NCBI GenBank assembly: GCA_963815195.1
Contig: CAWFGE010000013.1
Span: forward strand, 416,001-480,000
Direction: 5' to 3'
DNA: 64,000 nucleotides
Source: an uncultured Planctomycetaceae bacterium
GTDB taxonomy: Bacteria; Planctomycetota; Planctomycetia; Planctomycetales; Planctomycetaceae
Shown: positions 45,667-55,338 of the stretch, one piece after another
How positions within the stretch are numbered: the first letter of the stretch is position 1
How the letters are laid out: each line of letters opens with the position of its first letter
Notes under the pieces: model-generated
Databases searched by the model: none
Told to the model about the DNA's origin: nothing
The model's input: the letters and a program-made list of their open reading frames with translations, nothing else
Translations under genes and position numbers: made by a program

Positions 45667-46548
45667 TCAGTACCCGATGCGGTGGCCGGTGGGATCGATG
45701 AGCCAGAGCCAATCGTCGAACAGGAATTCAAAGCGAATCGCCAAAAGCGCGATCCGGCCCATGACGGTATAGCCGAAGGCCGCCCCGAACGTAATCATCA
45801 GCACCCAGATTCCGACGCGAGAGATTTTTCCGACCGTGCCTTTGTGCTCGATGGAGAAGAAGAAGTACACGAGGCAGCACAGGATGCTGGCGATGATGAG
45901 CACGTTCTTCAGCGAATCCCAAGGTTCAAAGCTTCCTTCGCCGTTCAGCACGATCAAAGGCAGGATGCTGTTGTTGATCTGGCTGATGAAGTCGGCCTGC
46001 AGAAAGCCAATGAGCCGAATCCCGGCCGTCGCTCCGATGATAAACGCCAATGGCCAGCGGGAAATCCAGCCGCCGACGGGCATCAACCGCCAGAGGAGCA
46101 TCGCGCTTAAGATCAAAGGGATGATGGACCATTCCCAACCGCCGGTGTAAAGGGGCGAAAGTCCCGGCTGGGCCCAGGACTGAATCCAGGAGGGAAACAG
46201 CACGCCGAACAGGTTGGGAACCAGCGTCGTCCAAAACCCCACGACCATCCAATACGCGGCGGAGACGCCGACGACTGTGGATTCCGCCAGTTTGTAGAGC
46301 GGATTGTCGCGGTACAAAAAGGAGAACACGCACAAGGTCATGATTGCGGCGACCCAAATCCCGACGGTCCGCGAGAGGCTGAACTCCGCGGCCCCGGCGG
46401 CGGCTTCGGCGGGAGAGGCTCCCACCCAATTGCCCGCGGGCGTCTCGCGCACAAAGCCGAAGCCCATGCCCGAGGTCGTCGCGCGGTAAATCAGGAATCC
46501 GCCTCCCGCGACAAACAGAATCAGCCAGATTATCGTTTCACGTTTCAT
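45667..46548 (-). CDS. uncharacterised polytopic membrane protein (GlmL/DUF6754 cluster)
   Basis: About 7 hydrophobic helices with SFLYRDNPLYKLAE and MITFGAAFGYTVMGR. ATGA overlap with the upstream gene. Confidence 0.75.
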   Translation of the reverse strand: MKRETIIWLILFVAGGGFLIYRATTSGMGFGFVRETPAGNWVGASPAEAAAGAAEFSLSRTVGIWVAAIMTLCVFSFLYRDNPLYKLAESTVVGVSAAYWMVVGFWTTLVPNLFGVLFPSWIQSWAQPGLSPLYTGGWEWSIIPLILSAMLLWRLMPVGGWISRWPLAFIIGATAGIRLIGFLQADFISQINNSILPLIVLNGEGSFEPWDSLKNVLIIASILCCLVYFFFSIEHKGTVGKISRVGIWVLMITFGAAFGYTVMGRIALLAIRFEFLFDDWLWLIDPTGHRIGY

Positions 46549-47406
46549 CGGGTCGAACCCTCAAGCGAACGTTCCATAAAGAAGATCACATTCCCCGCGA
46601 TGATCAACAGGATCATCAAGACGTGGGCAATAAGCTGCGGCCCCATGCGGCGTTTGGCTTCCAGATATTTCGGATCGGGATTCGGGCCCGCGTATTCGTC
46701 GTTCACGAGCTTCTCATACTCCGCCGCCCCTTTGATGGCCCCCAACAAGCCCGGCAACTGATCGCCGAGATAAGGATAGAGTAATGGCGCTTGCACCCCG
46801 GTGCAGCCCGCGACCAGCGGGATTTTATAAGGCGTCGCCGCGTATTGGACCCACTCCTTCGTGCCCGGATAACCGGCGCTCACGTTGATGACCAAATCCA
46901 TGTCTTGCACGCTGTCGATTCCCCGGCACATGGGGATCTGGTCGATGTTCGTGCCGCGGGCGTCGGTCGTGTAAAGCTGCCGGAGATCGGTGACGATGAC
47001 CTTGATCACGCCTTCCTGCCCGGGCTTGAAGCCCAGGTTCACGTAGTCTTCGCCGTAGACGAGATGCGGGAAGTCGGCCTTGATGACGTTGTCGATGGAC
47101 TCGTCGATCATCTGCGGACCGACCGGCCAGAGGGCGAGGAAATACATTTTCAGTTTCTTCTCGCAGCAGTGCCGGACGAAGGCGGTGGCCATCGGGCCGA
47201 GTTCCCCTTCGCTGGCCGGGTCGAAGTCGAAGGCCAGCAGCACCTTGTCGCCCGGCTGCGAGGTCTTCGATTTCCTCGAACACGGAATCGGCGAGCTTCG
47301 TCGGCTTCTCGGGGAATTGCAGCTCGAGCAGGATCGGCACGCCCACCGCCAATGCCATCAGGAGAAAGATCCAGCGGCGGTCCACGTTTTTCAAGAATTG
47401 ATACAC
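46545..47406 (-). CDS. uncharacterised membrane-anchored alpha/beta protein (GlmL/DUF6754 cluster), frameshift near 47260
   Basis: N-terminal TM (DRRWIFLLMALAV), soluble domain (FDFDPASEGEL, YGEDYVNLGFKPG, GLLGAIKGAAEYE), and a C-terminal TM. Confidence 0.7.
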
Positions 47407-47409
47407 GGG

Positions 47410-49239
47410 CTAATCCTCCGACGAACCCAAATAGGATCGGTCGATTCCCAAGAGCACTTTCAGCGATGTCGAGGCAATCCCCAGGGCGATCCCGATCATG
47501 ATCGCCCGGTTCCCGGCGGTGTTGAACACGATCATGATGTAAACGGCCAGGTTTTCGATTCTGAGGCCCGACAACGACTCCGGCATCCAGGAGGTCAACC
47601 ACACCCCGGCGGCAACTCGGCCGAGCAAAATGATGAATGCCGTCCCCAACAGCAAGGTGGCCTCCAGGTTCTTCGCCCGGAACGCCCGGAACGCCGCCGA
47701 TGCCACATAAAACGCCAACAGCGAGAACATCGTCGCCGTCAGCGGCTTGAAGAGATACTCGTAAATCCACCAGAACGGCGTGCCCTGTTCGCGGTAGTCG
47801 CCCGACCAGCGATATTTGATCTGATGGGCCAGCTTGAACAGCTTCACGATTTGCTCTTGCCAGGCGGTCTCGGCTTTGAGTTCCGCCAGCAGAAAATCTT
47901 TCTGCTCCGGCGTGAGCGGCCCGTGCTTGAGCAACGCGAAATACAGCGCACGGTTCCGATCGCCGATCGTGGGCTGCGATTGCAGGAATTTTTTCAAGGC
48001 CGCTTTCTGGCCGTCGCTCAACGGGCCGGCTTGTTCGAGCTGCTTTGTGAGCCGGTCCGTCAATTGTCCCGGGGGAGCCGGTTCGATCGCCGCCCTCAAC
48101 AGCCCTTCCTGCGCGGCGTTCAATTTCTTCGCGGGCTTCTCGGCGACAGCGGGCGGGCTGGTGCCGATTTCGGACAACATTTCGCAGGCGTCTTTTTCCG
48201 GCGCTTGATAGGCCCCGCCCGCGTTGATCGCTTCAATCAGTTGATCCGCGGTCCAGAGTCCGTCCAAGACCTTATTGAATTCTTCGAGTTGTTCTTCATT
48301 CAAAGGTTCGCCGCGGGATGCCATGTCTTCGCGGAGGGCGGTTCGCTCCTCATCCGTCAACGGGACCGCCACGGGAAACTGATCGAGCAGCGCGTCCCGC
48401 TCCGCGGTGGACATCGGGCCTTCAAACGCCAGCGTGCCCGAGTCCTTTTTGAACATGGCCACCTGAGCCAACGACTTCGGCACGGCAAAACTCGGCGGCC
48501 GTTCGGCTTTCACTTCCACAATGCGATGCGATCGTTCGCTCAATTTGTTGACGGCCGATTCCCAGGCCTCGTCGCCGTTCATCTTCAGCAGTTCGCTGCG
48601 CCGTTGGTCGGTCATCGCCCCTTTGAAGGCGAGCGTTTCGTGATCGGACAGGAAGGAAATCTTGCCTTTGAGATCCTGGGTCGGCTGCGCGGTCTCTGCC
48701 AAATGTTCGACGGCGCACCGCCACTTGAGCGAGCTGTCATATTCGTTGAGATCCTCGATCTGGTTCTCGCGGATCCAGCCTTTGAACACGATCTGGCCGT
48801 CTTTTCCCGAAAGTTGCCTGCGGACCGACGCGGGCAGTTCCTCCTCGACTTCGCGGTGCGGGATCTCGCCGGGGACGCGGAAGGTTTGCGAGTCGGGAAG
48901 GTCTTCCAAGGGGAAGTCGGCGAAGACCTGGCCGTAGAATTCCTGGTTCGGCGCGGGCGGGGCTCCGACTTTGATGAGCCCCACAATCAGCGTGACGAGG
49001 AACGCGAGCAACGTGATCATCGCATAACCCCAACCGGCCGACCGGTCGCTGATCTTCTTGAGTTGGACTTTGAGCAAGTTGCCGCCGCCCAGAATGAACG
49101 CGACCGCCGCGAGGATGTCAAACCAGACGGCCGCCACTTCCCCCCAGCCCACGGTGGCGGGAATGAACGATGCGACGATCAACACAAACCCCACCGCCGC
49201 GGTGATGAGCAGGGGCGTCGTGCGTTTCAAAAAGTTCAT
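47410..49239 (-). CDS. uncharacterised polytopic membrane protein with a large soluble insertion
   Basis: Three N-terminal TMs, a roughly 400-aa hydrophilic insert, and C-terminal TMs with ATMFSLLAFYVASAAFRAFR and RAIMIGIALG...LKVLLG. Confidence 0.75.
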   Translation of the reverse strand: MNFLKRTTPLLITAAVGFVLIVASFIPATVGWGEVAAVWFDILAAVAFILGGGNLLKVQLKKISDRSAGWGYAMITLLAFLVTLIVGLIKVGAPPAPNQEFYGQVFADFPLEDLPDSQTFRVPGEIPHREVEEELPASVRRQLSGKDGQIVFKGWIRENQIEDLNEYDSSLKWRCAVEHLAETAQPTQDLKGKISFLSDHETLAFKGAMTDQRRSELLKMNGDEAWESAVNKLSERSHRIVEVKAERPPSFAVPKSLAQVAMFKKDSGTLAFEGPMSTAERDALLDQFPVAVPLTDEERTALREDMASRGEPLNEEQLEEFNKVLDGLWTADQLIEAINAGGAYQAPEKDACEMLSEIGTSPPAVAEKPAKKLNAAQEGLLRAAIEPAPPGQLTDRLTKQLEQAGPLSDGQKAALKKFLQSQPTIGDRNRALYFALLKHGPLTPEQKDFLLAELKAETAWQEQIVKLFKLAHQIKYRWSGDYREQGTPFWWIYEYLFKPLTATMFSLLAFYVASAAFRAFRAKNLEATLLLGTAFIILLGRVAAGVWLTSWMPESLSGLRIENLAVYIMIVFNTAGNRAIMIGIALGIASTSLKVLLGIDRSYLGSSED

Positions 49240-49297
49240 GCGGGCCGTCTCCCTGGGGTGCCGTCTGGTCGCCTGATTTTTGACATGTTAAAGGCCT

Positions 49298-50521
49298 TTA
49301 TGACAACACTTCGGATTTGAGAAATTCCACGGCATTTTCAAAGAACTCGGCTCCCGTAAGGTTGAACAGCGTCGCAAAGATGCAGCCCAATAGCAAGAGG
49401 CAGCCCACGATCAGCTTGCCCACATCCTGGCCTTTGAGGCTGCCGAGTTGGTCGGGGTCGCCCGACAAGTAAGCCGAGGCCGCGAAGAATTCTTCGCCGA
49501 TCAACGTGTAATCGCAGGCCGCCACGAAGAACGGCAGCTGCGCCGGCTGGGCCGTGCCCGCGACCTGGATCGCTCCGATGGAGTTCCCGGTCTCGGCGAG
49601 GATCAGCGACTCGGCGAAGAACGAGCCCATGTAAAAACACGCGGCGGGCTTTTCGCGAACCATCATCCCGGACAAATACGCGACGTAGCCGAATTGCTCG
49701 TCGGTCACGTAATAGATGCGGTCTTCGTTGTAGGCGTCGGGCCGGCCCGCGGCGAGGTAAGCGGACTGCACGGTCTCGCGGCCCGTGGTCATCACCAGGG
49801 ATCGGCTCGTGGGGACTTCCACGACGGCGTCGTATTCCGCCGCCGTCTTCGCCACCCGCGAAAGCACCGTAAGCCCCGCCACGGTCTGGATGTCGTTGAT
49901 GTCCTGGACGCCTGGCACGAACAAGCACGTCCGGCCCATTTCGGTCGCCCGGCCGACGGCTTCATCGACCGCTTCCAGACCCGCGATTTTGCGAATCTTG
50001 AGCTCCCGCCCCGTGCGGGCAATCCCGATAAAGATAATCACCGAACCGCACACCAACGTGGTGATGATCGCCAGTCCGAACCGATCGCCCAAGAACCATT
50101 CCCGCGTGGCTTCGGCGGGTTCTTCGGTCGTGATCCAAGCCGAGGTGTCGCCGCCGGGTGACACGGCCCGCACGCGAAAATAATACGGTTCCCGCCGGTG
50201 GTTCTTGCCGACGGTCACGGTGATCGTGCCGGCCTCGTACGCGTCTTCATCCGGCACCGCCAGCCCGACATCCGTAAAGATGCCATCGGGTTCAACAGCC
50301 CGCTGCACGACATACCGCGCGACGCCGGGCGTTTCGAGGCCGGGCTTGTCGCTCGGCGAGAGCTTGAACGTCACATCGATCTGCTCGCCGTTGTCGAGCG
50401 GATGATCGCTCGCCGTCACATTTCGTGGCGGAGCCGGCACCGCGGCGCTGCCAGCGTCGGGCAGAAGAACCACGGCCGCCGCGAACGTCAGCAGAATGAA
50501 CAAGCATTGTGTCGGACGCAT
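49298..50521 (-). CDS. FN3-like plus DUF6754 domain membrane protein
   Basis: Signal peptide, FN3-like (PPRNVTA...YYFRVRAV), TM, IRKIAGLEAVDEAVGRATEMGR, FFAESLILAE, DYTLIGEEFFAASAYL, and a C-terminal TM. Confidence 0.75.
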   Translation of the reverse strand: MRPTQCLFILLTFAAAVVLLPDAGSAAVPAPPRNVTASDHPLDNGEQIDVTFKLSPSDKPGLETPGVARYVVQRAVEPDGIFTDVGLAVPDEDAYEAGTITVTVGKNHRREPYYFRVRAVSPGGDTSAWITTEEPAEATREWFLGDRFGLAIITTLVCGSVIIFIGIARTGRELKIRKIAGLEAVDEAVGRATEMGRTCLFVPGVQDINDIQTVAGLTVLSRVAKTAAEYDAVVEVPTSRSLVMTTGRETVQSAYLAAGRPDAYNEDRIYYVTDEQFGYVAYLSGMMVREKPAACFYMGSFFAESLILAETGNSIGAIQVAGTAQPAQLPFFVAACDYTLIGEEFFAASAYLSGDPDQLGSLKGQDVGKLIVGCLLLLGCIFATLFNLTGAEFFENAVEFLKSEVLS

Positions 50522-50524
50522 GGA

Positions 50525-51653
50525 TTATTCTCCAATAATCTCCACATTGGCGCGGGGGACGAGGACTTTGCTGCCGGATTCCAGATCGACTTCCAGGACG
50601 CGGGCTTTGGAGCCCGAGCCGAGGACTTTGGGTTCCGGAGGGCAGGCCGCTGACGTGGCCGATCAGGCCGAAATGCGGGTCGCGGATGATCCGCACCGGG
50701 GAGCCGATGTTCAAGGCTCCGTCCGCGTGGGCGGGCTCGGCTTCTTGGTTGAGTTCGTCCCCTGAAAGCGGGATCAGAATCTCCGGCCGCATCACGCCCG
50801 CGCGGATTTGCGTGGCCCCGTTGACCGCGGCGTCATCGCCTTCGCGGGACTTCAAAAGCCCGAACGTGCGCTCGGCCATGGCGATCTCGCCGAAGCCTTC
50901 AGTGATGATTACCGTGGTGCCGACGTGTTCGGAACCCGTGACCGCCACGCCCAGGTCGTAGCCGAGGATTTCCTTGAGATCCTGATCGTCCATCCCGCCG
51001 GAGACGACCGCCGAGATGCCGATGTCGATAGCTTTCCGCACGGCGTCGCCGGTCATTCTCGCCCCGCCGATGACGATGTGGTCTTTCATGTCCGAGGAGA
51101 GCAGTTGGGCGGTGAGTTCTTCCTTAGGGTCGGCACAGGCCATTTTGAGTTTGCCGTAGGCTTCGCCGCCGATGCCGAAGATGCCCTGGATGTAGGTGAT
51201 GTCGGCTTCGATGACCACGCCTTCGTTGGGAATCACCTCGATGACTTGTCCCGCCAGGAATGCGAGCACCCGCACGGCGAGCGGCTCGCCGCGAATGATG
51301 AGCTGCCCGGTGACTTTGGAGACCGATTCCAGCGTGCCCGCCGCCTTGGATTTGTACTCGTTCTTGAACATCCCGAAGATGCCCTTGGTCCGGGCGAGCG
51401 GCTGGCCGATCTCGACGGCTTCGCCTTCCTTCACGAGCAGAGATTCGCTGACTTCGGCCGGCGGCAGCGAGAGCAGATTCGCCAGGTTAATCGGCGTGAC
51501 ATCGCCCGGCATAAACGTTTGGGCGACGACGTCCCGCGCCCCGACCTTCTGCCCGACCTCGACGAGCACATCGCCCGCAATCGGCAACAGCCGCCGCGTC
51601 TGATGCCTGACGCGATTGGTGACTTTTAATCCGGGTGTGTATGCAACAGCCAT
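50525..51653 (-). CDS. conserved hypothetical protein with barrel-sandwich-hybrid-like repeats and a C-terminal KOW-like motif (frameshift near 50640)
   Basis: MAVAYTPGLKV, VLVEVGQKV...VVA, LVKEGEAVEIGQPLA, IITEGFG, TQIRAGVMRPE, GSPVRIIRDPHFG, and VPRANVE in the shifted frame. Confidence 0.7.
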
Positions 51654-51687
51654 GCAAAGAATCTTTTCTTCTTCAAACGAACACAAA

Positions 51688-51817
51688 GGCGAGCGGGGGG
51701 CGTAAGCCCCCTGGTTGCTCACGATGTGTGATCGTGTATTGCGCTTCTATTGACTTCCATAAATCGAAGTTCTTTCAGCATTCCACATAACCAGGGGGCT
51801 TACGCCCCCCGCTCGCC
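51688..51817. repeat. REP-like inverted pair, family C (GGCGAGCGGGGGGCGTAAGCCCCCTGG)
   Basis: Near-perfect arms of about 29 bp around an AT-rich spacer. A related half copy lies at about 17333-17356. Confidence 0.8.
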
Positions 51818-51820
51818 GTT

Positions 51821-53645
51821 TTACTCGGGATAAAGTTGTAACTCATCAATCCAACTCTTCACCGCACTCCGACACGCGACCGGATCTTGCGGCAAGGATA
51901 GCGGGCGGCCGCGGGCGTCGAGAATCAAACCCACGGTGCCGCCTTTGACGGTTTTCTTGATTGCTTTGCCGGAGCCGGCTCCCATATTAAAACCCTTGGC
52001 CGGATCGATTTCGACCTCGGCGGTTTGGTCTTCCGCGAGCGGGAAGAGTTTCATTTCGCCGTAGGCCAACTCTCCCTGTTCCGAGAGGCCGCCGCCTTCG
52101 ATCTGGTACTTAAAGCACGCTTTGCCCGGCTTGCCGGTGCCGGCGGGGGCGATGCAGGTGCCCAGGTAGATCAAGCAGTCCCGCTCGAAGACTTCGAGGG
52201 CCGCCGCGGGATGCACTTGGGCCAGCACGCCCAGATGGGGCATCATGAAGATGCTGTCTTTCGCGAGCGTCGTGAAACCTTCCGGCTCGAAGGCATCGAC
52301 CAGCATCGCGGCCGTCTGGTGCATTCGCGGGGCATGCGACAACACGCCGCCCGATGCGACCAACAGGTTGAGCTTCATGTTATCGACGATCGTCTGCCCG
52401 CTGGTCTGCTGGCTGAACGTGTCGCCCACGGTCCGCTGCTGCTGCACGCCTTTAAGCGTCGTGGCGAACTCCTTGTGCTGGATGTAAGCGAGCCTGAGCG
52501 CTTCCGCGCGACGGCTTGCTCGAAGATTAAGGCCTCGAGCGTTTGCGGGATTGTGGTGGGGCGGATCATTTTGTTCTTCACGCGGTTTCTGAGGTCCCGC
52601 TCGTCCATGTCGAAATGCACCCACCTTAGAGATCATCGGCAGCGTGGCCTCGGCACAGACGTTGGAGATCGAATAGCTCATCCCCAGATTCGCCGAGACC
52701 GTGCGGTTGAAAACCGGGTCTTCCGAATCGGGGTCGCGGAACACGCTGAACACGTCCGTCGTCGCCCCGCCGATGTCCACACCGACCGCCGTGATCCCCT
52801 GCCGCTCGGCGATGGTTTGCAGAATGTTCCCCACCGCGCCGGGCGTGGGCATGATCGGGGCGTCGGTCCATTCGATGAGCTTGTTATAACCCGGGGCGTG
52901 GGCCATCACGTGTTCGAGGAACAGATCGTGAATCGCATCGCGGGCCGGGCCAAGGTTCTCCCGTTCGAGCACCGGGCGGAGGTTGTCCACGATCTTCAGC
53001 TCGACCGAGTCTGTCGAACACCTTCGCGACCAAGGGGGCGGCGTCTTTGTTCCCCGCATAGACCAGCGGCATGCGGTATTCCTTCCCGAACCGCGGCTGC
53101 GGCTTGGCGGGGGCGATGAGTTCGGCAATCTCCACCACCTTCGTCGCGTTGCCGCCGTCGGTGCCTCCGGAGAGCAAAATCATATCCGGCCGCAGTTCGC
53201 GGATCCGCTGGATTTGCTCGTGCGGCAGGCGTTTGTCGTTGGAGGCGATCGTGTCCATCACAATCGCCCCGGCTCCGAGGGCAGCCCGCTTGGCGCTGGC
53301 GGCGGTCATCTCCCGCACGATGCCCGCGACCATCATCTGCAGTCCCCCGCCCGCGCTCGAGGTGGAGATATAAATATCGCAACCTTCGCCGTCTTTGGCG
53401 GGGCGGATGATGTTGCCGTCGTCATCGACCAGTCGACGGCCCGCGAGTTCGCCGACTTCGGTGACGGCATTCACCACGCCCACGGTCACATCGGCCACGG
53501 GTTGCTCGACGGTCGTGGGGGCTTCGCCGCGATAGGTCTGGCGGTAATGGCCGTCGACTTTTTCGATGAGGATGGCCTTGGTCGTCGTGCTGCCGCAGTC
53601 GGTGGCCAGGATGACGTTGATTTTGTCGGGATCAAGCTGGTTCAT
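51821..53645 (-). CDS. glutamate mutase L (GlmL/MutL)-family ASKHA ATPase, frameshifted
   Basis: ATDCGSTTTK (phosphate-1), TSSAGGGLQM, AALGAGA, LLSGGTDGG, YAGNK, MPTP, VDIGGATTDVFS (phosphate-2), RTVSANLG, SGGVLSH. Confidence 0.8.
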
Positions 53646-54006
53646 CGGGGGTGTCTGTCCGTAAGTCGTCCTGTGTGGGGGCGGCTTCGTGCCGGGTCGC
53701 TTCGGCTTCGAGTTCTTCAATCCGCCGGCAAAGGTACTCAATCGAACCGCGTTGTTCCAGGAAGGCGGCAAAATGCCGGTGCCCGCCGGTTTTGCTCAGC
53801 ACCGACAACACCGGGGCGAAAAAATGCAGCGCCTGCGAGCCGAGGTAGTTCAGCGGCCGGGACATTTCCAAAAACACGAGGGCCGGCGTGGTGAGATGCC
53901 GTTTGACGATCTGCCGGCACACCGCATCCACCGCGTGCCGCTGTTCGGGCGTGGGTTCGGATGGTCCGGGCGGATCGACCGCAAACGCATGTTTCAACCA
54001 CTGCAT
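53632..54006 (-). CDS. small conserved hypothetical protein (GlmL cluster)
   Basis: IVKRHLTTPALVFLEMSRPLNYLGSQALHFFAP...LEQR. Overlaps the start of the GlmL gene. Confidence 0.7.
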   Translation of the reverse strand: MQWLKHAFAVDPPGPSEPTPEQRHAVDAVCRQIVKRHLTTPALVFLEMSRPLNYLGSQALHFFAPVLSVLSKTGGHRHFAAFLEQRGSIEYLCRRIEELEAEATRHEAAPTQDDLRTDTPDEPA

Positions 54007-54640
54007 GGCGTTCGCTCCTCCTGTGAAACTTCCACTTTCGTGCGTATCTCAGAAAGGTTGGCAAGATCCGGCTGGCACGTCCCGGAGCGCAGCGAAAGGG
54101 GTGGCGAATCGCAAGCACCATCCCGTTGACCACGCCCTTCGTTCCTCAGGGCGTGCCGCCCCTCCCGCGAAACGTCCCGCACAATCGCCCCGTCCGGCAA
54201 CAGATTGCAAATCTGCCGGATGACCTCTTCCGAGTTCTTGCCAAACAGCACCGAGACGCCGCGGTATTCATCCAGAAACGACCGCTTCGTGCGGGGCGAC
54301 AAAAACCCGCCGGCTTCGTCGAAGACAAACCGCCGAAGTTCCGCCCATGGGTAGCGAGCGGTTTTGAGCGGAAAGCGGGCCGAGATGCCCTCTGCGTCCA
54401 ACTCATACCGCGTCGGAAAGAAAAACCGATTGCACCCGACCAGCAACACCCCCGCCGCGAAAACTCCCCAGCCGGGTTGTTCCATCAACTCCGCGCACAG
54501 CCAAGCAGCCAGAAGGATCGCCAGCAACACACAAAGCGCGGTTCCCGGGCGGCTCCCGTGCCGGGTGAACTCGCCAGGCCAAGATGGAGGACGGAGGTGC
54601 ATCCAACGCAAAATCTTTCGCCAAAACCGGTAAGGGCGTT
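53994..54640 (-). CDS. hypothetical 2-TM protein with a bPH-like beta region (start uncertain, probable frameshift near 54550)
   Basis: Two hydrophobic helices followed by FFFPTRYELDAEGI...YPWAELRR...LSP...LDEYRGV. Confidence 0.55.
54070..54161. repeat. REP-like inverted pair, family E
   Basis: ggcacgtcccggagcgcagcgaa ... cccttcgttcctcagggcgtgcc. Same family as 61226-61306. Confidence 0.7.
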
Positions 54641-54691
54641 TTGGAGTTACGATAGCATCCCCGCACCGAGAATGCGACCAACCGCAGCGCT

Positions 54692-55153
54692 TCATTCCTG
54701 CGCCTGGAATCCCAGATCGACATCATAGTAATTGAGCGCCCATTCCTTCATGTACCTGACCTGGTTGGGGACGATGCGGTACACGATGAGGTCCGGGTTG
54801 TCGAGGCTGCCCAGGTATTGGCGGAGGAGCGGGTTTTCGTTCCAGATGTCTTCGAGCAGCGGCCGGTCGGTGACGACTTCGGCCACGCCGGTGATGCGGA
54901 CCTGGTTGTGCCCCTCGTCCAGGTAGCACAGCTCGACTTTGGGGTTGGCGGCGATTTCTTCGGTCTTGTGATACTGCCGAAGGTTCGCGACATACACGGT
55001 GAAGCGTTCCGTGCGGACGGGAGACACGGGCCGCAGGCGGGCCTGGTCTCCGTCCATCGACGCGAGGTACGGAAACCGGTCGTGGGCGACGACGCCGAGC
55101 GCTAACTCTTCCACGCGGGCGGGATCGAGAGGTTCCGGAACGGGCTTGGTCAT
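54692..55153 (-). CDS. pyridoxamine 5'-phosphate oxidase-like (FMN-binding split barrel) protein
   Basis: YLASMDGDQARLRPV, KTEEIAANPKVELCY, QVRITGVAE. Confidence 0.85.
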   Translation of the reverse strand: MTKPVPEPLDPARVEELALGVVAHDRFPYLASMDGDQARLRPVSPVRTERFTVYVANLRQYHKTEEIAANPKVELCYLDEGHNQVRITGVAEVVTDRPLLEDIWNENPLLRQYLGSLDNPDLIVYRIVPNQVRYMKEWALNYYDVDLGFQAQE

Positions 55154-55338
55154 CGTTGGGGCTTCCTGTGTTGTAAACTGTCGGCGGGGCGATGCTCATG
55201 GTAGCATACCGCGAATCGATTGCGTTTTTCAAAACCGCCCGGTAGGTTGGTTTGCGGGTTTTACGAAGAAATTCAGGTTAAGGAAAGTCGCCCTTCGGGG
55301 AGCGAAGGGCGACTTTCGTTCCCTTTCCAAAGGTTTCC

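Noticed and set aside
51821..53645. DNA mismatch-repair MutL, or a complete glutamate mutase pathway
   Set aside because: The motifs are ASKHA-type (GlmL/MutL of mutase clusters), not GHKL. No B12-binding DxHxxG subunit or mutase large subunit occurs in the window.
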